A model generated the notes under the pieces. The model was not told the DNA's origin. It worked only from the letters and a program-made list of their open reading frames with translations, and did no database searches. Positions 1 to 12,387 of a stretch of DNA of 54,852 nucleotides are shown here, piece after piece. The DNA lies in the NCBI RefSeq assembly GCF_001194135.2, contig NC_068985.1, positions 78,099,007 to 78,153,858 on the forward strand, given 5' to 3'. Within the stretch, counting starts at the first letter, position 1; each line of letters begins with the position of its first letter. This DNA comes from Octopus bimaculoides. Taxonomy: Eukaryota. The position numbers and the translations under genes are program-made.

Positions 1-879
1 AATAGCATTATTACATTGTTTTTATTCGTTTTATATTTATATCTTCAGAGAACCAGACAAACAGTGCTATTCGCCTAGGGAAAGCTATTTTTATTTTTGC
101 TTGTTGTAATACATAAGTTCAATAAATTATAGAACATATGTTTTTAGTTTTCTCCGAACTTTCGCAAGAAGGTTGACATCCGTGGGACTTGAACACAGAA
201 TATAAATAACTATAGGTAATTACTGCAAATCTTCAATGATTCTGTCAATCCATCATTTTTTAAAATCCTAACATAAGCACAAAACTACGACTTCTGCGGA
301 AGGATACAGTCGAGTCGATTTACTCGGCTTCAGTACTTGACTGGCGGTTTATTGATTCCGTAACGGTTAAGTCTGCCTAGGCAGGTGTTGAACAGTGCAT
401 TGTTTGTCTGGTTCTCTGAAAGTGGCCCATACACGGCCGTAGCAGCAATAATGATTTCTAACTTAGGCACAAAGCCTCAAATTTTGGAGTGATTAAAAAT
501 TGACAAAGACCAACTCCATTACTTGAATGCACACCCATCGCTAACGGGGTGCACTGGACGGCACTTCCTCTTGACTATTCAATGGTGCACCCTCAGATTT
601 ACATTGATACACTTATTTCGAAACTCCACTTTAGCATTATTACACCCTAGTGCCCACCCAGAATATTCTGAAGCATCCCCCAGGTACCAAAGTCTGGTGA
701 CAGGCCTGCTTCAATGGACACTTTATTTTATCAATGCCGGAAATAGATAAATATAAAACACTAAACTCAGTACGTAAAGAGAAGTAGCCCCAATAATACT
801 CAAAACATTTTGTTTGATGTTCTATCGATTTTGCCAATCCACAGACAAACGATGGTAACTACAATATCTGGAAACTTAC

Positions 880-1000
880 CTGAACCTCCAACCAGGTCTG
901 TCTGTAGCAGCTGTTTAGCTTTAATGATGTCCACATTTAGTCTCCCAGCACTTGGCAAATAATTGAGTGAGAGAAGGATCTCACCAAGGTCATGTCTCTC
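880..1000 (-). CDS. SYT17: Synaptotagmin-17 internal exon, N-terminal part of C2B (ERHDLGEILLSLNYLPSAGRLNVDIIKAKQLLQTDLVGGS-D)
   Basis: Manual minus-strand translation (not in the ORF track) is nearly identical to vertebrate SYT17 ELGELLLSLNYLPSAGRLNVDVIRAKQLLQTD..GSD. Acceptor ctcAG at 1002-1001 and donor GTAAGT at 879-874. 121 nt, phase 0 in and phase 1 out, compatible with the upstream exon. Confidence 0.93.
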
Positions 1001-1214
1001 CTGAGATCATCACAGTAAATTGTAGACAGCAACGAATTATTTGAAAATAGAAGGCAGAATTTATAGATTACACATGGAAAAAAAGACGCTATATATATAT
1101 AAACTTCATTATATGCTGTACACTTCAATATAAAATTGTTGTTTATAAATGTATACACACACAAATACATATATATTACCGCAAGAACAGTTAACTGTAT
1201 CTGACACAAAGACA

Positions 1215-1610
1215 ATTCACGTTATGCACCAAGAGAGGAAAAGAAACAAGTATCAGAATCAGATAGAAGACTGCTGCATGAGTTGATGGAGAACAAGGTT
1301 TTTGTCGGTGGAGTTTGGCAAGGGAGGGTTTGCAGGCCATACTCTGAGTAAGGCGTATGGAAGTCTTGGTATTTCAGAAACTCGCAGAAAAAGTACCATC
1401 AAGAACAACGTAGAGGTTGTTGAGCTGCTGAAGAAATATCTTGGTAGCTCTGGCTGCAAAATAGGTAATCGGTGGGGTCAGTAGAATGCTGCTTGGCTAC
1501 AGACCTAAGTTCGATTAACTTAGTTCAGGTCGACTGGATAAGGGTGTATATTGTAAGAGCCGAAACAGTCAGTGACTCCAGAATACTGACGGTGAATCCA
1601 AGCATTGCAT
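1215..1610 (+). mobile_element. HERO-like RLE non-LTR retrotransposon, decayed 3' end
   Basis: Translates to HQERKRNKYQ..IEDC..WRTRFLSVEFGKGGFAG..LSKAYGSLGIS.TRRK, resembling the HERO-type C-terminal ERK..KY / PIEVGCRGF motif, followed by a 3' UTR-like tail. Confidence 0.65.
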
Positions 1611-1989
1611 TTATTCTTTTATTCTTTCACTAGTTTCAGTCATCAAACTAAGGCCATGCTAAGAAATGTAACTCTTTAATTGCTATACAGAGCAAGATAA
1701 AGCAGTGGTATTTCTCCTAATTGCATGTTTAAAAGAGGATTTATAATTCATGTACTACTTTTGAAAGATCTTTCACACATACCAATGTAGGATTTAATTT
1801 GTGATAGACGAGAATGATGGACTTTCACTTGATAATTTAATGATTCTGTATTATATTTATGATTGGGAGAACATAATTCTCCAAATTTACAAATAAATAT
1901 CTTCCCTCTATATAACAAATTCATTATATATATATTTATAGCTATTGTAATGCAAAGCATTAGTTCTCTAAACGTACAAGATAAGCTTT

Positions 1990-2600
1990 TCCTAATTTAA
2001 TATAACTTGTCTCGATTAATGATCTCTGAACTATCTTGTCGTTTTTGCGCGGTCTAACGATTACGATTTTAAATTTGGATATTTTTAAATTCTGTTAATA
2101 GCAAAACAGTTGAATAATCATTGTAGCTAGCTGGTTCTGTAGTATTAGAGAATAAAGTTAATGTAAATCCACTGAGTTCGATATCGTCAAATTTTATCTG
2201 TCCATTTACAAAATCTTCTTCACTAAAGCACTACAGTTTGGAAAAAAATACACAGTTACACAGGCCAAAAATTCCTTCTTTTAATAAAGTCAACAATCTT
2301 TTGACGTCACTATGATCAGCTTCAGTGAAGGAATATTTGCGAGGTCGGTGTATTGTATAAATTACATATATAACGTGACAATATCACTCAAAAAATTAAA
2401 ATTCAAAACATTAGGCATAGGACTGTACAGAGACGATAGCTTGGCTGCCTCATATACTCATAGCATTGATGGACGCCATTTAAATAATAAAATAATAATT
2501 AGTAATCTATGACTCAGCGGTGCAGTATTATAGTTAACCTTTTAGACGCTATTTTAGATTTAGACACAAACACAGAACTTTATAGAAACCAACTAAAAAA
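1990..2600 (+). mobile_element. Penelope-like element, decayed reverse transcriptase fragment
   Basis: Motifs FDIVKFYLSI (about 2180-2210; cf. FDIVEFYPSI) and GIGLYRDDSL (about 2415-2445), both typical of PLE RTs. Confidence 0.7.
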
Positions 2601-2601
2601 C

Positions 2602-2663
<62 letters not shown>

Positions 2664-3498
2664 NNNNNNNNNNNNNNNNNNNNNNNNNNNNNNNNNNNNN
2701 NNNNNNNNNNNNNNNNNNNNNNNNNNNNNNNNNNNNNNNNNNNNNNNNNNNNNNNNNNNNNNNNNNNNNNNNNNNNNNNNNNNNNNNNNNNNNNNNNNNN
2801 NNNNNNNNNNNNNNNNNNNNNNNNNNNNNNNNNNNNNNNNNNNNNNNNNNNNNNNNNNNNNNNNNNNNNNNNNNNNNNNNNNNNNNNNNNNNNNNNNNNN
2901 NNNNNNNNNNNNNNNNNNNNNNNNNNNNNNNNNNNNNNNNNNNNNNNNNNNNNNNNNNNNNNNNNNNNNNNNNNNNNNNNNNNNNNNNNNNNNNNNNNNN
3001 NNNNNNNNNNNNNNNNNNNNNNNNNNNNNNNNNNNNNNNNNNNNNNNNNNNNNNNNNNNNNNNNNNNNNNNNNNNNNNNNNNNNNNNNNNNNNNNNNNNN
3101 NNNNNNNNNNNNNNNNNNNNNNNNNNNNNNNNNNNNNNNNNNNNNNNNNNNNNNNNNNNNNNNNNNNNNNNNNNNNNNNNNNNNNNNNNNNNNNNNNNNN
3201 NNNNNNNNNNNNNNNNNNNNNNNNNNNNNNNNNNNNNNNNNNNNNNNNNNNNNNNNNNNNNNNNNNNNNNNNNNNNNNNNNNNNNNNNNNNNNNNNNNNN
3301 NNNNNNNNNNNNNNNNNNNNNNNNNNNNNNNNNNNNNNNNNNNNNNNNNNNNNNNNNNNNNNNNNNNNNNNNNNNNNNNNNNNNNNNNNNNNNNNNNNNN
3401 NNNNNNNNNNNNNNNNNNNNNNNNNNNNNNNNNNNNNNNNNNNNNNNNNNNNNNNNNNNNNNNNNNNNNNNNNNNNNNNNNNNNNNNNNNNNNNNNNN

Positions 3499-3830
3499 GA
3501 GCACGCGCCACTGAAACGGCCCCCAAAAGCCGAAATGTATTTCGTACTCTCACTAACTGCTGCAAGGGAAAATTCCCACCTCTCTCTGACAAATTCCTTA
3601 CTCCTCTCTCCCCCTCTCTCACGCTCTTTCGTCCCCCCCCTCTCTCTGACATTTGTTGTATTTTTAACACAAGTCCAAAAGAGCTGTTACCTCTGGATAA
3701 ATACGGTAGTAAAAGGCCTACCAATTTGGTTAATACTAGAGATGAAAATTTTTTCTCATGTAAACACATGACCAAATTCCCATTCATTAATCTGAAATAA
3801 CTCTTCACTCACCTTTTGCTTAGTCTTATA
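3499..3830 (+). mobile_element. Penelope-like terminal repeat / GIY-YIG C-terminus with degenerate hammerhead-like motif
   Basis: KRPTNLVNTRDENFFSCKHMTKF resembles the PLE endonuclease tail (LLN.R.E....C.H..KF). CTGAAAC-GGC..GCC-GAAA at 3511-3535. Confidence 0.5.
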
Positions 3831-5666
3831 TTTAAAATAATATATCTATATATTACCCGTTACAATGGAATATAATTACTCATCACATCCCCTTTACATT
3901 ACTATATCTTATACTATCTTTGTGACAAATGCATGATCCACAATATATGGGGCCATCAGTTTACCTGTCTCCCTATACTTTTCCCCTCTACACGTTTGGA
4001 TATAGGAACTTATATCTTCCCTTAGTATGTAATATACTTATACTTTTTTGTATTTTATTTGTATAATGTGTCCATGTACTCCCTTTCTTGTACCTTTCCC
4101 CCCTCTCTACATACCTATTCTAACCATTACTTGTTTATGTTATTAGATACTATACCTTATAATTACGTATATTTTACTACTGGCATATGTACACATGTAT
4201 GCACATGTACGACTTTACGGTGATCTACATATCTACATGTATTGATCTTATATGTACCTATGTGTGTAAATTCATATGTATATATGTGATTATTTTTATG
4301 TATATATGTAGGTACAGACGTATATTAATATGAAATTGTGTATCTGCGTATATATGTATATTTGCATACATATATACGCAATTTATTGTGTGTGTGTGTG
4401 TGTGTGCGTGTGTGTGTGTATGTGTGTGCCCTTTTTTTTGAACATGTATGTGTATAATTGTACAGTTTTTATATATATAGACCTTAATCGTATATCTACA
4501 CGAATTCCAATTTCTATATACTCATGTGTAAATATGCCTCTACACACGTATAGCTAAACATACCCACAATCTTCTTATCAAATTATCTTTCTTCTATATT
4601 ATGGGTAATTTTTTGTACACTTATGTGTACTCTTCTACTTGTAGTTTTTTTCTTATATTTATACTGGCACGGTAGCCCTACAACTCGAATACCATTACGA
4701 CCATACTGCCATTCTATATCCTCACATAATACTAAGCTGGATTAATACCTTAGAATTAATCTTTTTTTATATATATACTAAAATACACCTTCTGTATAAC
4801 CCACACATACCTATCCAAATTTTAATTTTTTTTACTCATCTCTTTCTCCGCTCATTTATCTCCCCTACATTTACTTTGGTCTATCTAACTTCATTTTTAA
4901 ATTCACATTTTTATCTTTATAATATTAATAACTGCTTCTGTGTTTTTACTTATTTTTTCTCCTTTATTATTAATACGTGTTACCAAATATAATTTTTTTT
5001 TATGTAAACACGAGTACTTTATATACATCATCTTCTCTCTTTAACTCATTCTCATTCTTCTATTTTTTGCTATTTGTTTACGTTAATTATCTAGTATTAG
5101 CTTCTCATATAACACTTCCTCGCGCTAAACTTCATTCTTCTATATAGATTTTTTAAAAATATATTATACTACGTACTGATTTCAATGGTTAGTTTTAATT
5201 ATAATTTAAATTTGGTATTGTCTTCCCATTGGACATTTCTACTACTTACTTGCCTTACGCTACATACATGGAGCTATAATTATAATTTCCATACTCATCT
5301 ATAGAGGGAACGTTTCCGACACCTCTTTACTTATATCTTCAAATAACCGTTGAAGCCATTAGTTATGGTTAAATATCCGACATGACTCCGATCTCTTTCT
5401 CACATGGATACTATTAAGACCCTTCTAGATCCAATTCTTTTGCTCTATTCATCTTCAAATTACTTGTATTATGGTTTCTGTTTTTCCTGCACTGATATTT
5501 ATTTAATTTAATTCAGTCATGATTTTATATCTCTGTATGAAACGATCGTCTGAAAGAATTAGACTCCTTATAAATTTTAATTTGTTTCCTATATTCTTAA
5601 CTAAATTGATGGGACTTATGGAACTTCATTCCATAAATTCATCATACATTATATATATGTGTGTGT

Positions 5667-5703
<37 letters not shown>

Positions 5704-5716
5704 TTTGTGTGTATGT

Positions 5717-5789
<73 letters not shown>

Positions 5790-5956
5790 TATATNNNNNN
5801 NNNNNNNNNNNNNNNNNNNNNNNNNNNNNNNNNNNNNNNNNNNNNNNNNNNNNNNNNNNNNNNNNNNNNNNNNNNGCATATAAGTATGTATATATATGTG
5901 TGTATATATATATATGTGTGTGTGTGTATATATGTATATGTGTGTGTGAATATATA

Positions 5957-6654
5957 TAGGGGGCGATGAATAAACTGTCGTCTAAATGACGCAAAAATGA
6001 AACTAACAGTGTCATCTCATTTTAACAGATACATTTACCAAAATTACAAAAAACTATGTCGAAATACTAAAGAGTAAGTTCATTCAATAAAATCGCCATT
6101 GGCTTCAACCACGGCCTCCAGACCACTTCGGAATCTTCTGCAACACTTCTGAGCTGTCTCTATGTTGAGTTGGTGAATGCTGTCATAATCCTTGCCTTCA
6201 GTTCATCTTTGGTGTTACAAGATGTTTTGTTGATCTCTCGCGCAACTGCACCCCACATATAATAATCAAGGAGGTTGCAGTCTGGGAAGTTAAGGGGGCC
6301 AGATGTTAGGGGTGATAGGCAGAAATTGTTTGACAACCATGACTGGGTTCTCCTGCTTGTATGGCATGGTGCAGAGTCCTGTTGCCAGACATAGGATCTT
6401 CCAGCAGCCACCTTCTTGAACCAGGGCAGCACTACCTCCTAGTTGATGTAGGCTTCCATGTTGAGTCTGAGGCCGTGTGGGAAGATGAAGGAGGCATAAC
6501 GTCGCCATCGCTCGTGGTCACTTCAAACACCTGGCTGGACGTTTGATTTTTATCAATCTCGGTACGTGTCCTCAGATTGACATCCAAACACACTGAAATG
6601 TTCACATTGGAGCTTCCGGCACGAATGACAAGCTGTACAGCATGTCGCTTCCAA
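5957..6654 (-). mobile_element. Tc1/mariner DD37D (maT) element, 3' half, runs into gap
   Basis: WQQDSAPCHTSRRTQSWLS..PDCNLLDYYMWG. TIR tAGGGGGCGATgAATAAAcTGTC at 5957 next to TA. Frameshifted. Confidence 0.85.
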
Positions 6655-7527
6655 NNNNNNNNNNNNNNNNNNNNNNNNNNNNNNNNNNNNNNNNNNNNNN
6701 NNNNNNNNNNNNNNNNNNNNNNNNNNNNNNNNNNNNNNNNNNNNNNNNNNNNNNNNNNNNNNNNNNNNNNNNNNNNNNNNNNNNNNNNNNNNNNNNNNNN
6801 NNNNNNNNNNNNNNNNNNNNNNNNNNNNNNNNNNNNNNNNNNNNNNNNNNNNNNNNNNNNNNNNNNNNNNNNNNNNNNNNNNNNNNNNNNNNNNNNNNNN
6901 NNNNNNNNNNNNNNNNNNNNNNNNNNNNNNNNNNNNNNNNNNNNNNNNNNNNNNNNNNNNNNNNNNNNNNNNNNNNNNNNNNNNNNNNNNNNNNNNNNNN
7001 NNNNNNNNNNNNNNNNNNNNNNNNNNNNNNNNNNNNNNNNNNNNNNNNNNNNNNNNNNNNNNNNNNNNNNNNNNNNNNNNNNNNNNNNNNNNNNNNNNNN
7101 NNNNNNNNNNNNNNNNNNNNNNNNNNNNNNNNNNNNNNNNNNNNNNNNNNNNNNNNNNNNNNNNNNNNNNNNNNNNNNNNNNNNNNNNNNNNNNNNNNNN
7201 NNNNNNNNNNNNNNNNNNNNNNNNNNNNNNNNNNNNNNNNNNNNNNNNNNNNNNNNNNNNNNNNNNNNNNNNNNNNNNNNNNNNNNNNNNNNNNNNNNNN
7301 NNNNNNNNNNNNNNNNNNNNNNNNNNNNNNNNNNNNNNNNNNNNNNNNNNNNNNNNNNNNNNNNNNNNNNNNNNNNNNNNNNNNNNNNNNNNNNNNNNNN
7401 NNNNNNNNNNNNNNNNNNNNNNNNNNNNNNNNNNNNNNNNNNNNNNNNNNNNNNNNNNNNNNNNNNNNNNNNNNNNNNNNNNNNNNNNNNNNNNNNNNNN
7501 NNNNNNNNNNNNNNNNNNNNNNNNNNN

Positions 7528-7579
<52 letters not shown>

Positions 7580-8339
7580 GAATGCGCACGTATTTCACAT
7601 TCAAACATGACTAAAATGTCAGCTAATTCAAATGACTAACTTTGAAATATTGCCGTTGTCTTTCCTGTACGGAAACTGTGTCCACTGCCCAAGCGTTCAC
7701 AGCAGGAGGGAAATAATATAATACGTCTACTTTGAAAGTATAGATGGGGAAAAAAATGAACGAATGAGTGAGAAAGCGAGAGAGGTGGGGAGGAAATTAT
7801 GATATAACTACGCACTCTGCACCACTGACCACTACAAATCACTAACCACTCCCACCACCGCCATTACTCTATCTACCGACAGGCTGACTCCAGCAATATT
7901 GCACAGTTAACACGATAATGCATATCACAGCAAATAGACGGCTATTTTGAGAGCAAACATGACAGGGAAATACCATCAAGAGACGGCGGCTGAAATTTAA
8001 TGTCATAATATATTGCTCTGGTGATAGAGACACTTAGTAAAACCACCCGCCACTGTAATGTCGGACATTATCATATCCCACACCACTGCATCTCACTACC
8101 CCATTCGTACATCCCCCCTCTGTAGTCATTAGTAATACCGCCGAAAAGCAACTACCAACACAGTATTACTTCCAGCCGTTAAAGCGTTTGGTACAACCTG
8201 TTGCTTCTAAGTGGTTGCTCGAACTGGTAGAAATAGCAACTAAATCTCGCTCAGATCACACTCTGCTGCGTTAGAAAACAAAGAGAGGGTTGGATAATGT
8301 GTGATACCGGCTTTCCTACACATCTTTTAATCTTTTCAT

Positions 8340-8545
8340 CTTTTTACTTGTTTCAGGCATTAGACTGCGGCCATACTGGGGCACCGACATGAAGAATTTT
8401 TTAATTGAATGTATCGACCACCAGTACTAATTTTTCTTTTTAAAGTTTGATACTTATCCTATCGGACACTTTCTGATGAATCGTTAAGTTACGGAGGCGT
8501 AAACAGACCAACACCGGTTGTCAAGCAGTGGGAACGGGACAAATC
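8340..8545 (-). mobile_element. SINE family A, 3' part
   Basis: Reverse complement of the tail seen at 10088-10250, 44745-44910 and 48380-48610 (..ccccagcatggccgcagtc.aatgactgaaacaag). Confidence 0.6.
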
Positions 8546-8560
8546 CACCCCCTAGATATA

Positions 8561-8608
<48 letters not shown>

Positions 8609-8609
<1 letters not shown>

Positions 8610-9317
8610 GAGGGGAGTCAAAAATTATCCGCACTTTCGCGCTAACATGTCTTTATTATTGTCACACTGTCTTCTGCACATGCGCGCTTATAGTTGGTGC
8701 TATTGTGGTCACATGATCGAAGTTTGAGCCTGATCAAGCCATTTTTCTTTCTGGCTTTACTGTGTAAGCATGGCCACTCCACTAGCAATGTGCACCAAAG
8801 AAGAACAAAGAGCAGTGATCCGTTTTCTCTGGAAAAGGGGTGTATGATCAACAGTGCAAGATACAGAGATTTGCTGGCCAAAAACTGAAGCCAGCAATTC
8901 ACACCAAATGCCGAAGCCTATTGTCGAAGAAAGTTTTGTTGTTGCATGACAATGCACAGCCACACACGGCCGTCCAGACCATTGAAACCATTAACCAATT
9001 GCGTTTTGAGGTGCTGAAACACCCTGCCTACAGCCCAGATTTCGCCCCTTCCGACTCTCATATCTTTGGACTGCTCAAAGATGGTTTACGAGGTCGTAAA
9101 TTTCCTACGGATGAAGATGTGAAGGATGCGGTGTATAAATGGATGCACGACCAATCGAAAACCTTCCAGGAGGGAATACTGAAACTTGTGAACTGCCGGA
9201 CCAAGTGCATCGAAAAGGAAGGAGACTTTATAGAAAAATGATGTATTTGTTTATCCTCTGCTTTGATGTAAATACATTGAAAAAACATGAGTGCGTATAA
9301 TTTTTTACCCTTCCTTG
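8609..9317 (+). mobile_element. Internally deleted mariner (DD34D) element
   Basis: LLHDNAQPH..HPAYSPDFAPSD with 34 residues between the two Asp. Left TIR CGAGGGGAGTCAAAAATTATCCGCACT after (TA)n; degenerate right TIR 9290-9317. Confidence 0.88.
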
Positions 9318-9339
9318 TGCATATATACAACTTATAGTT

Positions 9340-9489
9340 TCTTTTAGTTTCCGTCTACCAAATCCACTCACAAGGCTTTGGTCGGCTCGAGACTAATGTA
9401 GAAGACGCTTGCACAAGTGCCACACAGTGGGACTGAACCCCGGAGCCATGTAGTAGGGAAGCAAGCTTCTTAACACACAGCCACGCATA
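9340..9489 (-). mobile_element. tRNA-derived SINE family A head (CORE-like ccttgggcaagtg motif)
   Basis: Reverse complement of 15412-15585; other copies at 31275-31440, 44600-44745 and 48145-48310. Confidence 0.7.
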
Positions 9490-10087
9490 CTGGAAAAAAA
9501 AAGACAGTATGGTCAAGGGTGGAATATCTTTGACCATAGGTTTGGTCGACCAGACCTGACCTCAAGTTAAACAACAAGAACAACAACAATAAGCCGTTGC
9601 TTTAATAAGACGTCATCATACAACTACTCTACTACAGCTACCACCACACAACTACAACTGGAACCACACCATGCAACCAACACACAATTACTACAGCCAG
9701 CGTACCACACCACTACAGCCAACATACAACACCCCTACCACAAACATACTTCACTACTACAGCCAAGACATTATATCTCTTCAGCCAATACACCTCATCG
9801 ATATAGCTCTCGCAATACTATCGCCATTATCGCTAGGCAATACCGCAGCTACTAAAGTACGATTAAATATACCCGTACATTGTTATAGAAGCCACAACGT
9901 TACTAGACAAATCCTCAGACTGGTATCACCAACACCACCACCACCAACACCACCAACACCAACACCACCAACACCAACACTAACACCACCACAATCTCCA
10001 CTACCACCATCAATATCACCACCAGACAAGGATGCAGATAAAGGCTGGCCTCTAGACACGAACCACATCAGCTCCCATCCCTAAAGG

Positions 10088-10250
10088 GCCTTGTACCTTT
10101 GCGGTTCGGCAAAAGAGACCGATAGAAAAAGTATCAGGCTTTAAAAAATAATAAATACAGTGGTTGATTCATTCGACTAAAAAGTTTTCAAGGCGATACC
10201 CCAGCATGGCCACAGTCTAATGACTCAAACAAGTAAAAGGTAAAAGATAA
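10088..10250 (+). mobile_element. SINE family A, 3' part
   Basis: gcggttcggcaaaagagaccgatag..ccccagcatggccacagtctaatgactcaaacaag, repeated elsewhere in the window. Confidence 0.6.
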
Positions 10251-10364
10251 AAGATAGTAAGTGTGGTGGTAGCTATAGAAATGTTGTAGTAATTATAATG
10301 GTACGGTAGGAACTGTTGCGGTATCAATCGGTGACCTCTGTCTGTCATTACTCCATTCTACTAT

Positions 10365-10565
10365 AAGCACAAGGCTTGAAATTTTGCGAGAGTGGCCTAG
10401 TCAATTACATAAACCCCAGAACTTGACTGCTACTTATATTATCGACCTCGAAAGGATGAAAGGCAAAGTCGACCTCAGCGGAATTTGAACCCAAAACGTA
10501 CAGATAGACGAAATGCTGCAAAGCATTTTGCCCAGCATGCTAACGCTTCTGCCAGCACGCCGCCT
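10365..10565 (-). mobile_element. SINE family B (ggcggcgagctggcaga..gtcgactttgcctttcatcctttc)
   Basis: Reverse complement of 23205-23410; further copies at 21285-21425, 29575-29780 and 41470-41655. Confidence 0.7.
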
Positions 10566-10839
10566 TTACGTCTGGCATTAATGACCATAAACGAATCTCG
10601 TAGTTGTTCGTAGCTGAACAGGTCGATGCGTGAATGTCAGTCTTTGCTAAACAAGTCGGATTTGTAAGATGTCCCATTGTTGTTTGAAGTGTTGTGGTAT
10701 GTCTCCTGTATAGGATGTTCGGTACCATTCTAGCCAGAGCAGTATGGTACGAAGGACCGAGAGTTAACCTTGCAGCATGTCCCTCTCCCCTCTCTCTCCA
10801 TGCAACTAATGGATGCAAAAGTAAAACATGTCCTTTACA

Positions 10840-11426
10840 ATTTGGCGTCAGCGTCGTTGCAGATGTTGGCGACGTTTTACCTCCATTAATCTTCCCACAC
10901 GGCCTCAGACTCAACACGGAAGCCTACATTAAGTGCCTGGAGGAGGTTGTGCTGCCCTGGGTCAAGATCGTGGCTACTGGAACACTCTATGTTTGGCAAC
11001 CAGATTCTGCACCATGCCACACAAGCAGGAGAACCCAGTCATGACTGTCAGAAAATTTCTGCGACCATATCACTCCTAACATTTGGCCACCTAACTTCCC
11101 CGACTGCAACCCCCTTGGTTATTATGTGTGGGGCGCAGTTGAGCGAGAGATCAACAAAACTCCTTGTAACACCAAAGATTAACTGAAAGCAAAGATTATG
11201 GCAGCATTCACCAACTTAAACAAGGAGACCGTCCAAAAAGGTTGCAGGAGATTCCAAAGTCGTCTGGAGGCCGTGGTTGAAGCCATTGGCGATTTTATTG
11301 AATGAATTTACTCTTTAGTATTTCGAAATATTTCTATGTAATTTTGGTAAATATATCTGTTAAAATGAAATGACTGTTATTTCCATTTTTGCGTAAGTTA
11401 GATGACAATTTATTTATCGCCCCCTG
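10840..11426 (+). mobile_element. maT (DD37D) element, second copy, 5'-truncated
   Basis: QPDSAPCHTSRRTQS*LSENFCDHITPNIWPPNFPDCNPLG gives 37-residue spacing. Right TIR ends ..TATCGCCCCCTG then TA. Homologous to 5957-6654 in opposite orientation. Confidence 0.85.
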
Positions 11427-11450
11427 TATGTATGTATGTATGTATGTATG

Positions 11451-11484
<34 letters not shown>

Positions 11485-11974
11485 NNNNNNNNNNNNNNNN
11501 NNNNNNNNNNNNNNNNNNNNNNNNNNNNNNNNNNNNNNNNNNNNNNNNNNNNNNNNNNNNNNNNNNNNNNNNNNNNNNNNNNNNNNNNNNNNNNNNNNNN
11601 NNNNNNNNNNNNNNNNNNNNNNNNNNNNNNNNNNNNNNNNNNNNNNNNNNNNNNNNNNNNNNNNNNNNNNNNNACACACACACATACACACACACATATG
11701 CGTATGTATATGTATGTGTATATATTTTTTTGTAATCCATACATAAATCATAAGTGTTTGGTTGAAATGGTCGGGCAGTTACGTTTGACATCTGAACTGG
11801 GCCTATTGCCAGTTTTACTCGCATTTCGTTGTAATGCCTATAGTAGCATGATAGCAGCTCATATTTCAATTTATATAGAGATTGTTACTGTTACTTCGAT
11901 TGTATTCTACCCTAGATGATGCACCAAGTGCTATAATAAGAAGAATCAATACCCCCAACCACAATACAGCAGAA

Positions 11975-12230
11975 GTAAAAAAAAAAAAGAAAAAAAACTG
12001 ATGGTAGTCTCTTGAAGTCCGCTGTTTCTAGCTGAAAAAACCTGGACAAATGATTGCATTTTGTAACGAACAGGTGTACGATGCACCACATGTCAGGTTT
12101 CGAAGTGATCACTGAGCAACATGAGATGGTGTGATTTGCTCAAGAACACAAAGCACTACTCGGTCCAGGAATTGAAACCTGGATCTCACAATCGTGAGGG
12201 CAACACCCTAACCACTAGGCCATGTGTTCT
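11975..12230 (-). mobile_element. tRNA-derived SINE (family C-like)
   Basis: Minus strand reads tggttagggtgttgccctcacgattgtgagatccaggtttcaattcc (A/B boxes) then ttgagcaaatcac, similar to 50195 and 49165. Confidence 0.6.
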
Positions 12231-12387
12231 CACACCAACTACAAAACGAATAATAATTGAAATAACAACACAAATAACAACAGCAACAACAAAAATACCG
12301 CACACTAACAGTATCGACAAGAACAGTAACAGTAGCTGTAACAACAATTGCAGCAGCACAAACAATAAACTGAAAAGGTTTTCTTAC

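Noticed and set aside
1488-1506. Possible editing-complementary sequence to the C2B exon (gctacagac)
   Set aside because: Only about 9 contiguous bases and located inside the HERO relic; consistent with chance.
9671-10084. 137-aa Thr/Pro-rich ORF
   Set aside because: Arises from degenerate (ACT)/(ACC) low-complexity repeats.
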